This document shows, in pieces, positions 41,294 to 50,735 of a stretch of 64,000 bases of DNA (its first letter is position 1; each line of letters starts with the position of its first letter). The stretch lies in the NCBI GenBank assembly GCA_964486045.1, contig CAZALK010000001.1, positions 712,242 through 776,241 of the forward strand, given 5' to 3'. Made by a program: the position numbers and the translations under genes. The notes under the pieces were generated by a model, which was not told the origin of the DNA, made no database searches, and worked only from the letters and a program-made list of their open reading frames with translations. This DNA is from an uncultured archaeon (GTDB lineage: Archaea; Asgardarchaeota; Lokiarchaeia; Sigyniarchaeales; SOKP01).

Positions 41294-44245
41294 TTGACAA
41301 CTCTAACTTTAGATACTGAGAGAATTGAAAGTTTAATCCTAAAAGGCATTAATGAAAAAGCAGCTGAAGAAATATTTAATGTTATCGATGAGCATCAAAA
41401 CTTTGCTGATAACGATCTTATTTATAGGTGCTTTAGTTTATTAAACTTGATTTGTGATAAGTCTTCGTCCATTTCGCTAAGAACAGTAAAATATGTACAG
41501 CATTTTATAAATAATTCTGACTCTTGGATACGATTAGTTACTTTAGAAATTTTATATCAGATAAGTATGTTTAGGCCAAATTTATTTATTAATTTAATTA
41601 GTAAAATTAGGGGAAGACTTTACGATCAAGATCCGACAGTGAGAAGACTTACTGTAAAAATTATAGGTAATTTGATTTTAAAATTACATATTGATTTAGA
41701 TGAATTACAAGAAATAATTGAAGAATATACTGAAAAATTAATGGATAATGACTGGAAAGTAAAACTCAATGTGATTAAAACGGTTCAAAATATTTTAAAT
41801 CAAGACTATACAAAAATTAGAAATTTAGAACCTTTGTTATCAATGGTTATTATTAACCTAAGGGATGAAGATGATGATGTTGCGAAAGCAGCTGTAGAGT
41901 TACTAAAAATTCATGGAACATATTTCCTTTCAAAAGAGAAGTTATTTTATATTCTTCTTAACTTGCTGTATAATGAAGAAAATAGAGTAAAAGAATTGAT
42001 AATTTGGCTTTTTGGTGAGATTGGAAAAGAAAAATCTTCTGAAATTATATCTATTATCCCTAAATTAATAAAGCTCTTAAAAGAAAAAGATTATCGTATT
42101 CAACTAAAAGTGATTGAGGCACTTGTTAATATTGCAGAAAATAACTTTGATCAGATATGGGCGAATCTACTGCATTCTTTACAAGGAACTAAGCATTCTT
42201 ATTATAGAAATTCACTAATAAATGCAATATATCAACTCAGTCACAAAAACATTAACATCATTTTTTCTTATTTAATTGATGAATTAGAAAATCCCTCTGA
42301 AATTATTAGGGATGGGATTTCCTTAGTATTTAAACGATTATTTGAAGAATATCAAGTTGAAATAGAAAATGAAATTACAAGAATTTTATATAAACTGGAA
42401 TCACAATATTGGCGTGAAAGGAAGAAAACTATAAATCTACTAAACCAAATTTGTTTCATATTAAAAAATCAAAAAATAGCGGTTTGGATTACTATTGAAC
42501 TCAATAATTCGTTACAAACTGAAAAGGATCCAGAAGTCAAAGATGAAGTATTTTATACACTAGAAAATATTCAGGCAAATTTTAAAAACATCGATACTAC
42601 TATTGAAAGAATTAATAATGATTTAGTTATATTTCAAGGGAAAATACTCAAATTTCAAAAAATACCCGCACAATTTAGGGAAAAACTAAACTCTTATATT
42701 AACAATTTTAAGTTTAATGAAACAGAAGTTCAATTAAATAAAAAGTATAATAAAATTCTAAAAAAGATAAAAAAATTTGATAATATAATTAATAGATTCG
42801 AATTTAAAAGATTAGTATTTGATTTGATTGAAGAGTGGGAGGAAACAAAGGTTCAAATCATTGAGGAATTGAGTATCATAAAAAGTTTTATCTCTGAAAT
42901 CTGTGAAGAGAAAAAAAGCGAATTTTTATTCAAGTTACAAGAAGAAATTAAGTTATTGGATAAACGTATAAGTATTTTAAAAGCTGAGTTTGATTATATA
43001 AAAGAAAATGAATTTAGCGTAGAATTAGATTCTAATATATCTATCCTTACCGGAAATAATGATGAAAATGACAAATTTGTATATATAACTCAAATAAGGA
43101 AAAAGACTTTTAAATTAGATGGTGATATAAGAGAGTTATTGATAAATAATGTTGAATTTGATGATTCCTTTAAAGATCTGCTAAGAAAATGGGTATCAAC
43201 TAAAATTGAGATTCAGGAATACTTAATTGATTTAGATCGACAAATGAAAACAATTAAAGATAGTTTAGTCAGGCAAGTATTCCAGATAAACCAGGTTAAT
43301 AGAACTTCTAATGATATTGGAATTGCTGGCGTGAATGATGAATTAAGAATTCAATTGCTTCAAGGTCATATACAATCTATTATTACTGAGAGAATTGAAG
43401 GTAGCAAGAAATTAAAGGATAACTTTAGTACGTTAACTTCGAAGGTGGAATTTTTAATTAAAAAAAATGAATTCTCAGATGCAAAGAAATTAATTAGATT
43501 AAACTCTTCTCAAATCCAAAACTACATAGAAGAGACAGAAAAACAAATAGAAAACGTTATTGGGAAAGAAAAGGCTCTAGAAGATAATAACATATTCAAT
43601 TTATATGTAAGACCTTACCTTAAGAAATTTTATGCTTCGAAAGATTTATTAATAAATCGGTTAAAGAATTTTGTCAGAAAAAGTGAGAATAAACTCCATC
43701 TAAATCAGATTAAATATTATCGGAAAATTATTAATCCAATTAAATTTGAATTACTTTCATCATATCTAGATTTAGAAAAGGATAAAATAAAGGAGATTGC
43801 TCTTAGATTCATTAATAAAAATAAATTAAATGCCAAAATAATAGATGAAAAACTTTATTATCAAGAACTTGAATCCGATATCCCAGATTCAAAAGAAATT
43901 TTCTTTTTTAAAAATATAAGAACTTCTGGTAATGATATTTATTTAAATTGCAAACTTACTAATCCCTCAAATCTTGAGTTTAGAGATTTTCAGATTTCTT
44001 TAAAAGTGCCTACATATGTTCGTGTACAAAGAGAAGAAAGTTTTCCAAAATATCTCCAACTAAATGAACTGAAACCCGGTAAAGCTTTTAAATTTAATTA
44101 TGTGTTAAAAGTTGATAAACAACAAGAACTAAAGAAGAACTTATTTGACCCCGCTGGTGATGAAATCAAGTTAGAATTATTTTATAGAGACCAATATGAT
44201 AACATGAGAAAGACTACTAAACATATTGAAATCTTTCTACCATAA
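41294..44245 (+). CDS. HEAT-repeat / coiled-coil / PCI-like / Ig-like multidomain protein
   Basis: HEAT motifs (DQDPTVRR, DNDWKVK, DEDDDVAK), LSSYLDLEKDKIKEIALRFINKNKLNAKI (PCI-like winged helix), and a beta-sandwich-like C-terminus. Confidence 0.75.
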   Translation: MTTLTLDTERIESLILKGINEKAAEEIFNVIDEHQNFADNDLIYRCFSLLNLICDKSSSISLRTVKYVQHFINNSDSWIRLVTLEILYQISMFRPNLFINLISKIRGRLYDQDPTVRRLTVKIIGNLILKLHIDLDELQEIIEEYTEKLMDNDWKVKLNVIKTVQNILNQDYTKIRNLEPLLSMVIINLRDEDDDVAKAAVELLKIHGTYFLSKEKLFYILLNLLYNEENRVKELIIWLFGEIGKEKSSEIISIIPKLIKLLKEKDYRIQLKVIEALVNIAENNFDQIWANLLHSLQGTKHSYYRNSLINAIYQLSHKNINIIFSYLIDELENPSEIIRDGISLVFKRLFEEYQVEIENEITRILYKLESQYWRERKKTINLLNQICFILKNQKIAVWITIELNNSLQTEKDPEVKDEVFYTLENIQANFKNIDTTIERINNDLVIFQGKILKFQKIPAQFREKLNSYINNFKFNETEVQLNKKYNKILKKIKKFDNIINRFEFKRLVFDLIEEWEETKVQIIEELSIIKSFISEICEEKKSEFLFKLQEEIKLLDKRISILKAEFDYIKENEFSVELDSNISILTGNNDENDKFVYITQIRKKTFKLDGDIRELLINNVEFDDSFKDLLRKWVSTKIEIQEYLIDLDRQMKTIKDSLVRQVFQINQVNRTSNDIGIAGVNDELRIQLLQGHIQSIITERIEGSKKLKDNFSTLTSKVEFLIKKNEFSDAKKLIRLNSSQIQNYIEETEKQIENVIGKEKALEDNNIFNLYVRPYLKKFYASKDLLINRLKNFVRKSENKLHLNQIKYYRKIINPIKFELLSSYLDLEKDKIKEIALRFINKNKLNAKIIDEKLYYQELESDIPDSKEIFFFKNIRTSGNDIYLNCKLTNPSNLEFRDFQISLKVPTYVRVQREESFPKYLQLNELKPGKAFKFNYVLKVDKQQELKKNLFDPAGDEIKLELFYRDQYDNMRKTTKHIEIFLP

Positions 44246-44383
44246 ATTTTTAATATTACTTTTCCTAATTTTCTTCTTAGTTTTATTCATTTTTTAAATA
44301 AATTATATAGAAAAAATTAATATATCCGCAATTTCTACTTATACCTACTAATATGAGAAGAAAAAACAGATTTGAGGTGAAGG

Positions 44384-45418
44384 ATGCAAGAGTTAGAAAA
44401 TTATCGATTGACATTGCAAACGAAACTATTTGGTTGAAATTGTAAACTGGATGCGAAAATTTTAGACAGCCTTTTATCTAAAGTAGGTTTAAAAGGAGAT
44501 ATCGAAGATTCTGCTGTAATTCCTGTGCCTAATACCAACCTCGTTATGGTAAAGAACCTTGACATATTCACACCTATCCTAGACGAACCAGAAATAACTG
44601 GAGAGATTGCTGCTGTTAATGTTACTAATGATGTCTTTGCTTTGAATGTTCGCGATATTTCGGGTATGCTCGTATTCCTTGGAATCAAGAAGAACATGCC
44701 AACGTATGTTTCAGAAGGTATACTTCGTGGGATGAAAAATTTCATGGAACACAAAATAAATTCCAAAATCTTAGGGGGTCATACAATATACTCTGAATGG
44801 CCTCTGATAGGTGGAGAAGCTTCAGGATTCGTTGAGAAAAGCAAGATAATACAAAAGAACTATGTTGAATTAGGAGATAAATTAATCCTTACCAAGCCCA
44901 TTGGGAATCAAGCCATTATGGCAGCATATCGTCTACAGAAAAACAACCCCGCCCTTTTAGAAAGTTATTCATCAACCGAAATTGATACTTCAATTGAGAC
45001 CGCAATTAATCTTATGATAACACCGCTTCAAGATGTCGTAAAAACCATATATTCCTACGACGACACATCGTTTATCCATGGAATGACAGACGTGTCTGGA
45101 TTTGGCTTAGCAGGACATTTAAAAGAAATGCTCCAGGATTCACAGCTTTCAGCAGTAATCGAAAAAATCCCAAGTATTAAACTGACACAAGACTTAGCTC
45201 ATGAATTCGGATACAAATATGATGAATGTGAAATGCCTGAGACTGCTGGTGGGATGCTTCTATCTGTAGATCATAAATATGCTAATGAATTCACGGAAAA
45301 ACTAAACAGTGAATACGGAGTGAAAAATTGGATAATAGGGTCGATCGATAACAAAAGCAAACTTAAACATGTTCGCGTTTCCAAAAACGTTGAGCATCTT
45401 GAAATAACTAAAATATAA
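44384..45418 (+). CDS. selD: Selenophosphate synthetase, selenoprotein (UGA=Sec at 44435-44437), 344 aa
   Basis: GAGGTGA SD, then MQELENYRLTLQTKLFG-U-NCKL in frame with EDSAV, LDIFTPI, NDVFA, GGHT, LTKPIG, TDVSGFGLAGH, ETAGG. Confidence 0.93.
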
Positions 45419-45490
45419 CGATGTCGATGAAACAAGCAAAAACGTAGTAATACGAGTGCTTGTTGAGTTTTCCACTGCAATGTGGCATCG
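45419..45490 (+). promoter_or_regulatory. Eukaryote-like SECIS element of selD1
   Basis: ATGA(45427)-AACAAGCA-AAAA-CGTA gtaa TACG-AG-TGCTTGTT-GA(45466), closed by the helix CGATG/CATCG. Confidence 0.88.
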
Positions 45491-45559
45491 TACCTTCTTA
45501 AAAAAATTCTTTTTTAAAGTTAAAATTCCATTAGTTCATAGGGATACATTTTCATCATT

Positions 45560-46492
45560 TTGTATTTGGTGTTATTCATAATATTGACAGAAATAAAAGA
45601 AATTCTGAGATTATTGAATGCTACTTCAGAGGATAAAGTTAATTTTAAAGATAAAGTAATTTCTTTTCAAGGTTACAGTTTTATGTTTCGAGATCCCTAC
45701 TTAAAGTCACAAGATTCATATGTAACCGGAAAATTTAGTAGCAAATTCTCTTCGGTGGGATTTTGGAGTGATATCATAAAATATTCTTTAGAAAATCTTA
45801 ACAAAATAAAGAACCTTAATGACCTTAATTTAGAAGATACCAAGCACGATTTTCTTTACGGGGGTTCTTTGAAGACACTCGTGCCATCCTTAAAGTTTGG
45901 AGGGGATGAAGTTTTGTTTGATGTCTGGATACTTGTAAAAACTCCCGAGGGTTTCATTTTTCCCGCAACGCTTTACTATGGTAAAACAGGAACATCGTTA
46001 GGGGGTTGGTATATAGATGATGCCAAGGAAGTATTCCCCCCCGAGTTTTTTTCACTCATCAATTTCAGCCCATTTGATTTCGCACCCGAAGAGCGCAATG
46101 CGTTTATTGAAGCTCTTGAACTCTCACTTAAGATGGTACCCGTTACTGATTATTACGGCATCTGTAAGGGGGAGAATGGCTATACAATTATGGGTGTTAA
46201 AGATGGCAAACCATACCTCAAGGAACTTGGTTGGGTCTATGACGAGGTCAAAGAAGATAGGTCTTTTGACACGACAACAGATTTAAGAAAACGTTATTAT
46301 GTTGAGGGATATTTAGAAGAGCAAAACTTCGCGATTTGGTGTGCTGACTGTATTCTTGAACAAGAAATTGAAGTCCCTCATTATCCAATTTTTGTTCAGG
46401 GATATGAAGATAGCCCAGTTTGCGAGATTTGTGATAAAGAATTGAAAGTAAAAGTAGTTAATTACAGCAATGAACCAAGTGAAGGAGATTAA
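45560..46492 (+). CDS. Hypothetical protein with C-terminal CxxC..CxxC
   Basis: ~300-aa ORF between the two selD copies, with CADC and CEIC. The start is uncertain (possibly TTG 45584). Confidence 0.7.
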   Translation: MYLVLFIILTEIKEILRLLNATSEDKVNFKDKVISFQGYSFMFRDPYLKSQDSYVTGKFSSKFSSVGFWSDIIKYSLENLNKIKNLNDLNLEDTKHDFLYGGSLKTLVPSLKFGGDEVLFDVWILVKTPEGFIFPATLYYGKTGTSLGGWYIDDAKEVFPPEFFSLINFSPFDFAPEERNAFIEALELSLKMVPVTDYYGICKGENGYTIMGVKDGKPYLKELGWVYDEVKEDRSFDTTTDLRKRYYVEGYLEEQNFAIWCADCILEQEIEVPHYPIFVQGYEDSPVCEICDKELKVKVVNYSNEPSEGD

Positions 46493-46606
46493 GTTTAAAT
46501 CGTTTAATCTTCTTTGTAATATTTAAATCACTCAAAAATTCGAATAATTAAATTTAATCTTTAATTATCTTATTAAGAACAAAATTTTTGTGAAAGTGAG
46601 GTGAAT

Positions 46607-47665
46607 ATGCCTAGAAAAATAGAATATAGGTTAACAAAGCAAGTGAAAATTTTTGGTTGATCATGTAAATTAGGTGCTAATGAATTACATAAATTGCTAG
46701 AGAAAACTGGTTTGGCTGGAGATATTGAAGATGCTGCCATTATTCCTGTTCCTAATACTGACATTGTTCAAGTGAAGAGTTTAGACATTTTTACCCCTAT
46801 CGTTGATGAGCCTAATATAATGGGGCAAATAGCTGCTTGCAATGTAACGAACGATCTTTTCGCAATGAATGTTCCTGAAATATCGGGGATGCTGGTCTTT
46901 TTAGGAATTAGTACTAATACACCAATGGAGGTTGCTGAGGGAATATTAGAAGGAATCAAATATTTTGTGGAAAAAAAGATCCATTCTAAAGTAGTGGGAG
47001 GCCATACTATTTACTCCGAGTGGCCTTTAATCAAAAAAGTTGTCCTTTTTTGAGGGGAGATCGGAGGAGAGGCTTCTGGATTTGTCCACAAGGATTCTAT
47101 AATTTTGAAACAAGGTGTAAAAAAAGGTGATAAGTTGATATTAACAAAACCAGTCGGTATTCAACCAGTAATGGCTGCATATAGAATGTTAAAAGACTTT
47201 CCTGAAATGTTAGAAGAGTTTTCTAAAAAAGAACTTAATAAATCTATCGATATTGCAATTAAGATAATGACTACGTCAAATCAGAATGTGGTGAAGACTA
47301 TTCACTCTCTTAATGATTTTTCATTTATTCATGCAATGACAGACATTACAGGCTTCGGGCTTGCTGGACACATGCTAGAAATTCTTCAGAACTCGAATTT
47401 ATCAGCAATTATTGAAACAATCCCCTCTATTAAACTCTCTGAAAGTTTATCAAAAGAGATGGGTTATGCTTTTGATGAATGTAAATGTGGAGAGACGGCT
47501 GGGGGTATGCTCATGGCGGTCGATTCTTCAAAAACCGAGGATTTTTCACACACTCTCTCAAGTAATGGAATATTGAATTGGATTGTAGGTACTATTGATA
47601 CAATATCTCCTGGACTTGTGAGAATTTCAAAAAATGTTAAAAATTTAGAAATTTCAAGAATATAA
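46607..47665 (+). CDS. selD: Second selenophosphate synthetase (Sec at 46658-46660), join(46607..47029,47060..47665), 342 aa after intron removal
   Basis: GAGGTGA SD, then MPRKIEYRLTKQVKIFG-U-SCKL. All three ORF pieces are in one frame. A 30-nt insert with TGA splits WPL|IGGEASG. Confidence 0.88.
47030..47059 (+). other. Candidate BHB (tRNA-type) intron in the selD2 mRNA
   Basis: CCTT-TA^A-[TCAAAAAAG ttgtc CTTTTTTGA]-GGGG-AG^A. It has a 4-bp central helix, two 3-nt bulges and a 9-bp intron stem. Excision restores the paralogue sequence. Confidence 0.85.
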
Positions 47666-47734
47666 CTCCAAAAAGAATGAATTTTGTGAAGAAATGTTAG
47701 TCGCAAAATAACTGCCTAGCAAGGGTATTTGGAG
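47666..47734 (+). promoter_or_regulatory. SECIS-like element of selD2 with variant core
   Basis: CTCCAAA...ATGA(47677)-ATTTTGTGA-loop AGAAATGTTAG-TCGCAAAAT-AA...TTTGGAG. The 3' core is AA instead of GA. Confidence 0.65.
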
Positions 47735-47763
47735 AAAATAATTTAACAAATTGAAAAATCTGC

Positions 47764-48258
47764 TTATAAGAATAATTCCATGAAAATTTCATCTTCATAT
47801 TCTCCGTCTATTTTAACTTGCTCTGTAAGCACTCCTTTCTGGATAAATCCCAAATTTTTATAAAATTTTATTGCTCCAGTATTTTTCGCTCGTACATAGA
47901 TAAGTAGCTTTCTATAACCATTCATACGAGCAAATCGAAATGTATTTTCCGATAGATGTCTTCCTTTGGAGATTCTACGCCACTTAGGGAGTACGAAGGT
48001 TCCAATTTGACCAACATGATCAAATGAATCTGTAAATTTTCCCCATAAATCAAGTGATTGGAATGCAATTATTTGCTTTTCTAATTCTGCAATAAATATT
48101 CCCTCCCGATCTGAAAGAGAAGAGATATAATCCCGCTCTTGTTGAACTGTAAAAGGTTGATTAATAGCGGTAAATTTCCTTTCAGCACAAATTACTTCCC
48201 AAATAGAGGATATCGCTTCAGCATCATCAATGGATGCTTTTCTAATAAGAGTTTTCAT
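47764..48258 (-). CDS. GNAT-family N-acetyltransferase
   Basis: IRKA..DDA, FVLPKWR, V.AKNTGAIKFYKNLGF, DEIFMELFL. Confidence 0.88.
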   Translation of the reverse strand: MKTLIRKASIDDAEAISSIWEVICAERKFTAINQPFTVQQERDYISSLSDREGIFIAELEKQIIAFQSLDLWGKFTDSFDHVGQIGTFVLPKWRRISKGRHLSENTFRFARMNGYRKLLIYVRAKNTGAIKFYKNLGFIQKGVLTEQVKIDGEYEDEIFMELFL

Positions 48259-48310
48259 AGAGATCTTCTTTTATAATTAATAAGGGTTATGTTTTACACT
48301 GAATTTGTAA

Positions 48311-49105
48311 TTATTCTTTTTTAATAATTTCACCATTTAGGTCTAATATTATCTCTTTTATTTCATCCAAGGCTTTATCAACCAGTTTTTCTCCATTCTC
48401 CACATTAAAAGCTGTTATAGAAACCTCAACTTCAACGGATAAACCAATTCTTGGATGAGTTTTGATCCAAAGTTGAGGATATTTATTTTCTAACTCACCC
48501 GTATATGGAGCAATCTGACTTTCTCCAATACCTGAAAATAGAAATCCCTTTTCTATAAACTTTCCTTGTTTCTCTTTCAAAATAGGCGTTATCACATTTC
48601 TAAATATTGATTTTAACTCTGTAGGCACTCCCGGTAATATGTAAATATGTATCCCGCCCTCTTCAATTTTAACCCCTGGGGCCGTTCCTATGGTATTGGG
48701 TAGCGGAATAGAGCCTTGGGGAAGATATGCCATTTTTTCTCGTTCTTTTGTCATTCCATCAAGCTTTAAAATATCCCTATCATAAGCGTGTTTATACATT
48801 TTCTTTATAGAGGAAAACGCATGTTTATTTAGTTCCAACTTCCTATTTAAACCCATTGCAATGCCTTCTAAAGTCATGTCATCAAAAGTTGGACCTAATC
48901 CTCCTGATGTTATTACTATATCTGGTTTTCTTTTTAAAACTTCTTGTAGTGCACTAGATATGGTATTCAAGTCATCTCCCACTGTAGTTATTCTTCGAAG
49001 TCGATGACCATATCGAGCAATCCTTTTTGCCATCCAATTTGAATTACTATCTACTGTTTTACCAATCAAAATTTCATTTCCAATGATTAAAAATTCAACT
49101 TCCAT
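48311..49105 (-). CDS. CinA-like molybdopterin-binding-domain protein
   Basis: IIGNEILIG..DSN, VGDD, SGGLGPTFDDMT, GTAPG, LPGVPTE, GESQIAP. Confidence 0.88.
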   Translation of the reverse strand: MEVEFLIIGNEILIGKTVDSNSNWMAKRIARYGHRLRRITTVGDDLNTISSALQEVLKRKPDIVITSGGLGPTFDDMTLEGIAMGLNRKLELNKHAFSSIKKMYKHAYDRDILKLDGMTKEREKMAYLPQGSIPLPNTIGTAPGVKIEEGGIHIYILPGVPTELKSIFRNVITPILKEKQGKFIEKGFLFSGIGESQIAPYTGELENKYPQLWIKTHPRIGLSVEVEVSITAFNVENGEKLVDKALDEIKEIILDLNGEIIKKE

Positions 49106-49232
49106 TGATAAATCAACACATGAGTTTAATTAAAATCATATTATTTTCTAAATAATTTAGTTTTATAAAACTTGATATATATTATTAATTTACATTATTT
49201 CCAACAAATTGAATAAGTAATTTTAAATTCAT

Positions 49233-49790
49233 ATGGCAATTGAAATCGATGATGCAGGAACCGGTGATTTAGTAGGAGATGCTTTTATAGGTTTTTTAAG
49301 AAAAAAATCCGGGGAGTTAATTTTTAAAACTATACCTGTAGATTTATTTAAGGGAGAAAATTGGAAAAACAAGAAGCCATTTTCAGAAACTGTAAATTTA
49401 GTTAAAGAAGGTCTAAACGAGTTAAATTTCCAGAGGGATGCTGAAGTAATCCGTCTGTGCAGAGGGAATATCTTTGATCAAGTTCGAGCTTACTTTTTAG
49501 AAGAAGGTATAAATTATGAAGACGCTATAGTTGAAGGCAAATTACAAGACGCTGTTGAAGGTAAATTAGTTGAACATCTCAGAAATGATTTAGGGGTGAG
49601 ATCAAAGAATTTAACTAAAAAGAGTGGAGCGAAACGATATTTTGTGCTTTTTAATTGGGTTTGTTACAACTTCCCTAAAAGAGAAATGTATGTCAAATCA
49701 GGATTTAAGAAATGGAATACTGTTTGGAGAGATCGAGCAATTGAAAAGTTTGATGAGATAAAAAAATCAAAAAATAATAAGCGCTATTAA
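49233..49790 (+). CDS. Conserved hypothetical protein, probable RNase H-like fold
   Basis: N-terminal IEIDDAGTGDLVG resembles the RNase HII-type first strand. CRGNIFD is also present. Confidence 0.6.
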   Translation: MAIEIDDAGTGDLVGDAFIGFLRKKSGELIFKTIPVDLFKGENWKNKKPFSETVNLVKEGLNELNFQRDAEVIRLCRGNIFDQVRAYFLEEGINYEDAIVEGKLQDAVEGKLVEHLRNDLGVRSKNLTKKSGAKRYFVLFNWVCYNFPKREMYVKSGFKKWNTVWRDRAIEKFDEIKKSKNNKRY

Positions 49791-49874
49791 TTCACTGGAA
49801 ATAATTGAAAAGAATTAGGATAGAAATGTTTAGAATTTCTAATTACAATATAACATTAATAAATTTGAAAACTT

Positions 49875-50549
49875 TTAGTTTAATGTAGTTCCACAACTCT
49901 TACACAATTGAGCATCTTTAGGATTTTTATCATATCCACAGGCAAAGCAAATCAAATTTTTATCATTTTCTGGTTGTTCAAAATCAATTCTTTCTTGTTT
50001 TGGCAAAGAATGTTGTTCTTGAGATGGATTTTTTCCTGGACTAAGGTGCTTTTTAACAAAGTCATCATCATGAGGAGTTATTATTTTAAAATCATTTGAG
50101 GTTTGAATCTCTTTAAATCCATCAGGGATAACCTTCAAATCAGAATTTTTATCTATTTTAGTTTCTTTATCCTCAACTGTTTTCTCTGGGCTTATTTCTT
50201 CTGAAAGCTTAATTTCAGGAAATTGAGACTTAAATTTTTCTTTTTGAATTATTTCTGAAGATTCATTTTTATGAATATCCTCTTCTTGTGTGTAGCCATC
50301 ATTTTCAAACAAAATTTTATCTTTTTGGCCTGCTTTTAAGTTTTTAATGTGTTCAACAATTCCTTTTGTTCTATTAATAAGCATATTCCTAAAGGTCGAA
50401 TCAATTACCTTTGATTTAGAAAATTTAAGTGTAATTTCAGAAATTTCCAACCATAGTTTTATAGCTGAATCAATTTCATTTCTTTTCTCGTAGTTTTTTG
50501 CTAACCCAACCTTAGTTTTCAATTCATTGTTAAATTTTGTTATATCCAT
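49875..50549 (-). CDS. Hypothetical protein: MIT-like helical N-terminus, C-terminal Zn ribbon
   Basis: AKNYEKRNEIDSAIKLW helix, and CFAC..CKSC. Confidence 0.65.
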   Translation of the reverse strand: MDITKFNNELKTKVGLAKNYEKRNEIDSAIKLWLEISEITLKFSKSKVIDSTFRNMLINRTKGIVEHIKNLKAGQKDKILFENDGYTQEEDIHKNESSEIIQKEKFKSQFPEIKLSEEISPEKTVEDKETKIDKNSDLKVIPDGFKEIQTSNDFKIITPHDDDFVKKHLSPGKNPSQEQHSLPKQERIDFEQPENDKNLICFACGYDKNPKDAQLCKSCGTTLN

Positions 50550-50735
50550 TAGTGAATCTATCCCATCTTCTTTAGTTTACAAGTTTAACATGGTAATTCA
50601 AGTTATTAAATATTTATTCGAATTCTAACTTAATATTTAAGCTAAAAATTAAATTTTTATTTCGAATCACTACTAGATATTTAAGGATTATAATTTCTGA
50701 TTAACATAACTTAATTCATAGAAACCACAATAACA

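Noticed and set aside
47051-47053. Second in-frame TGA in selD2 read as a second selenocysteine
   Set aside because: It would add a 10-residue insert (KKVVLF-U-GEI) in a conserved core segment that the paralogue lacks. The exact BHB geometry explains it better, though read-through is not formally excluded.
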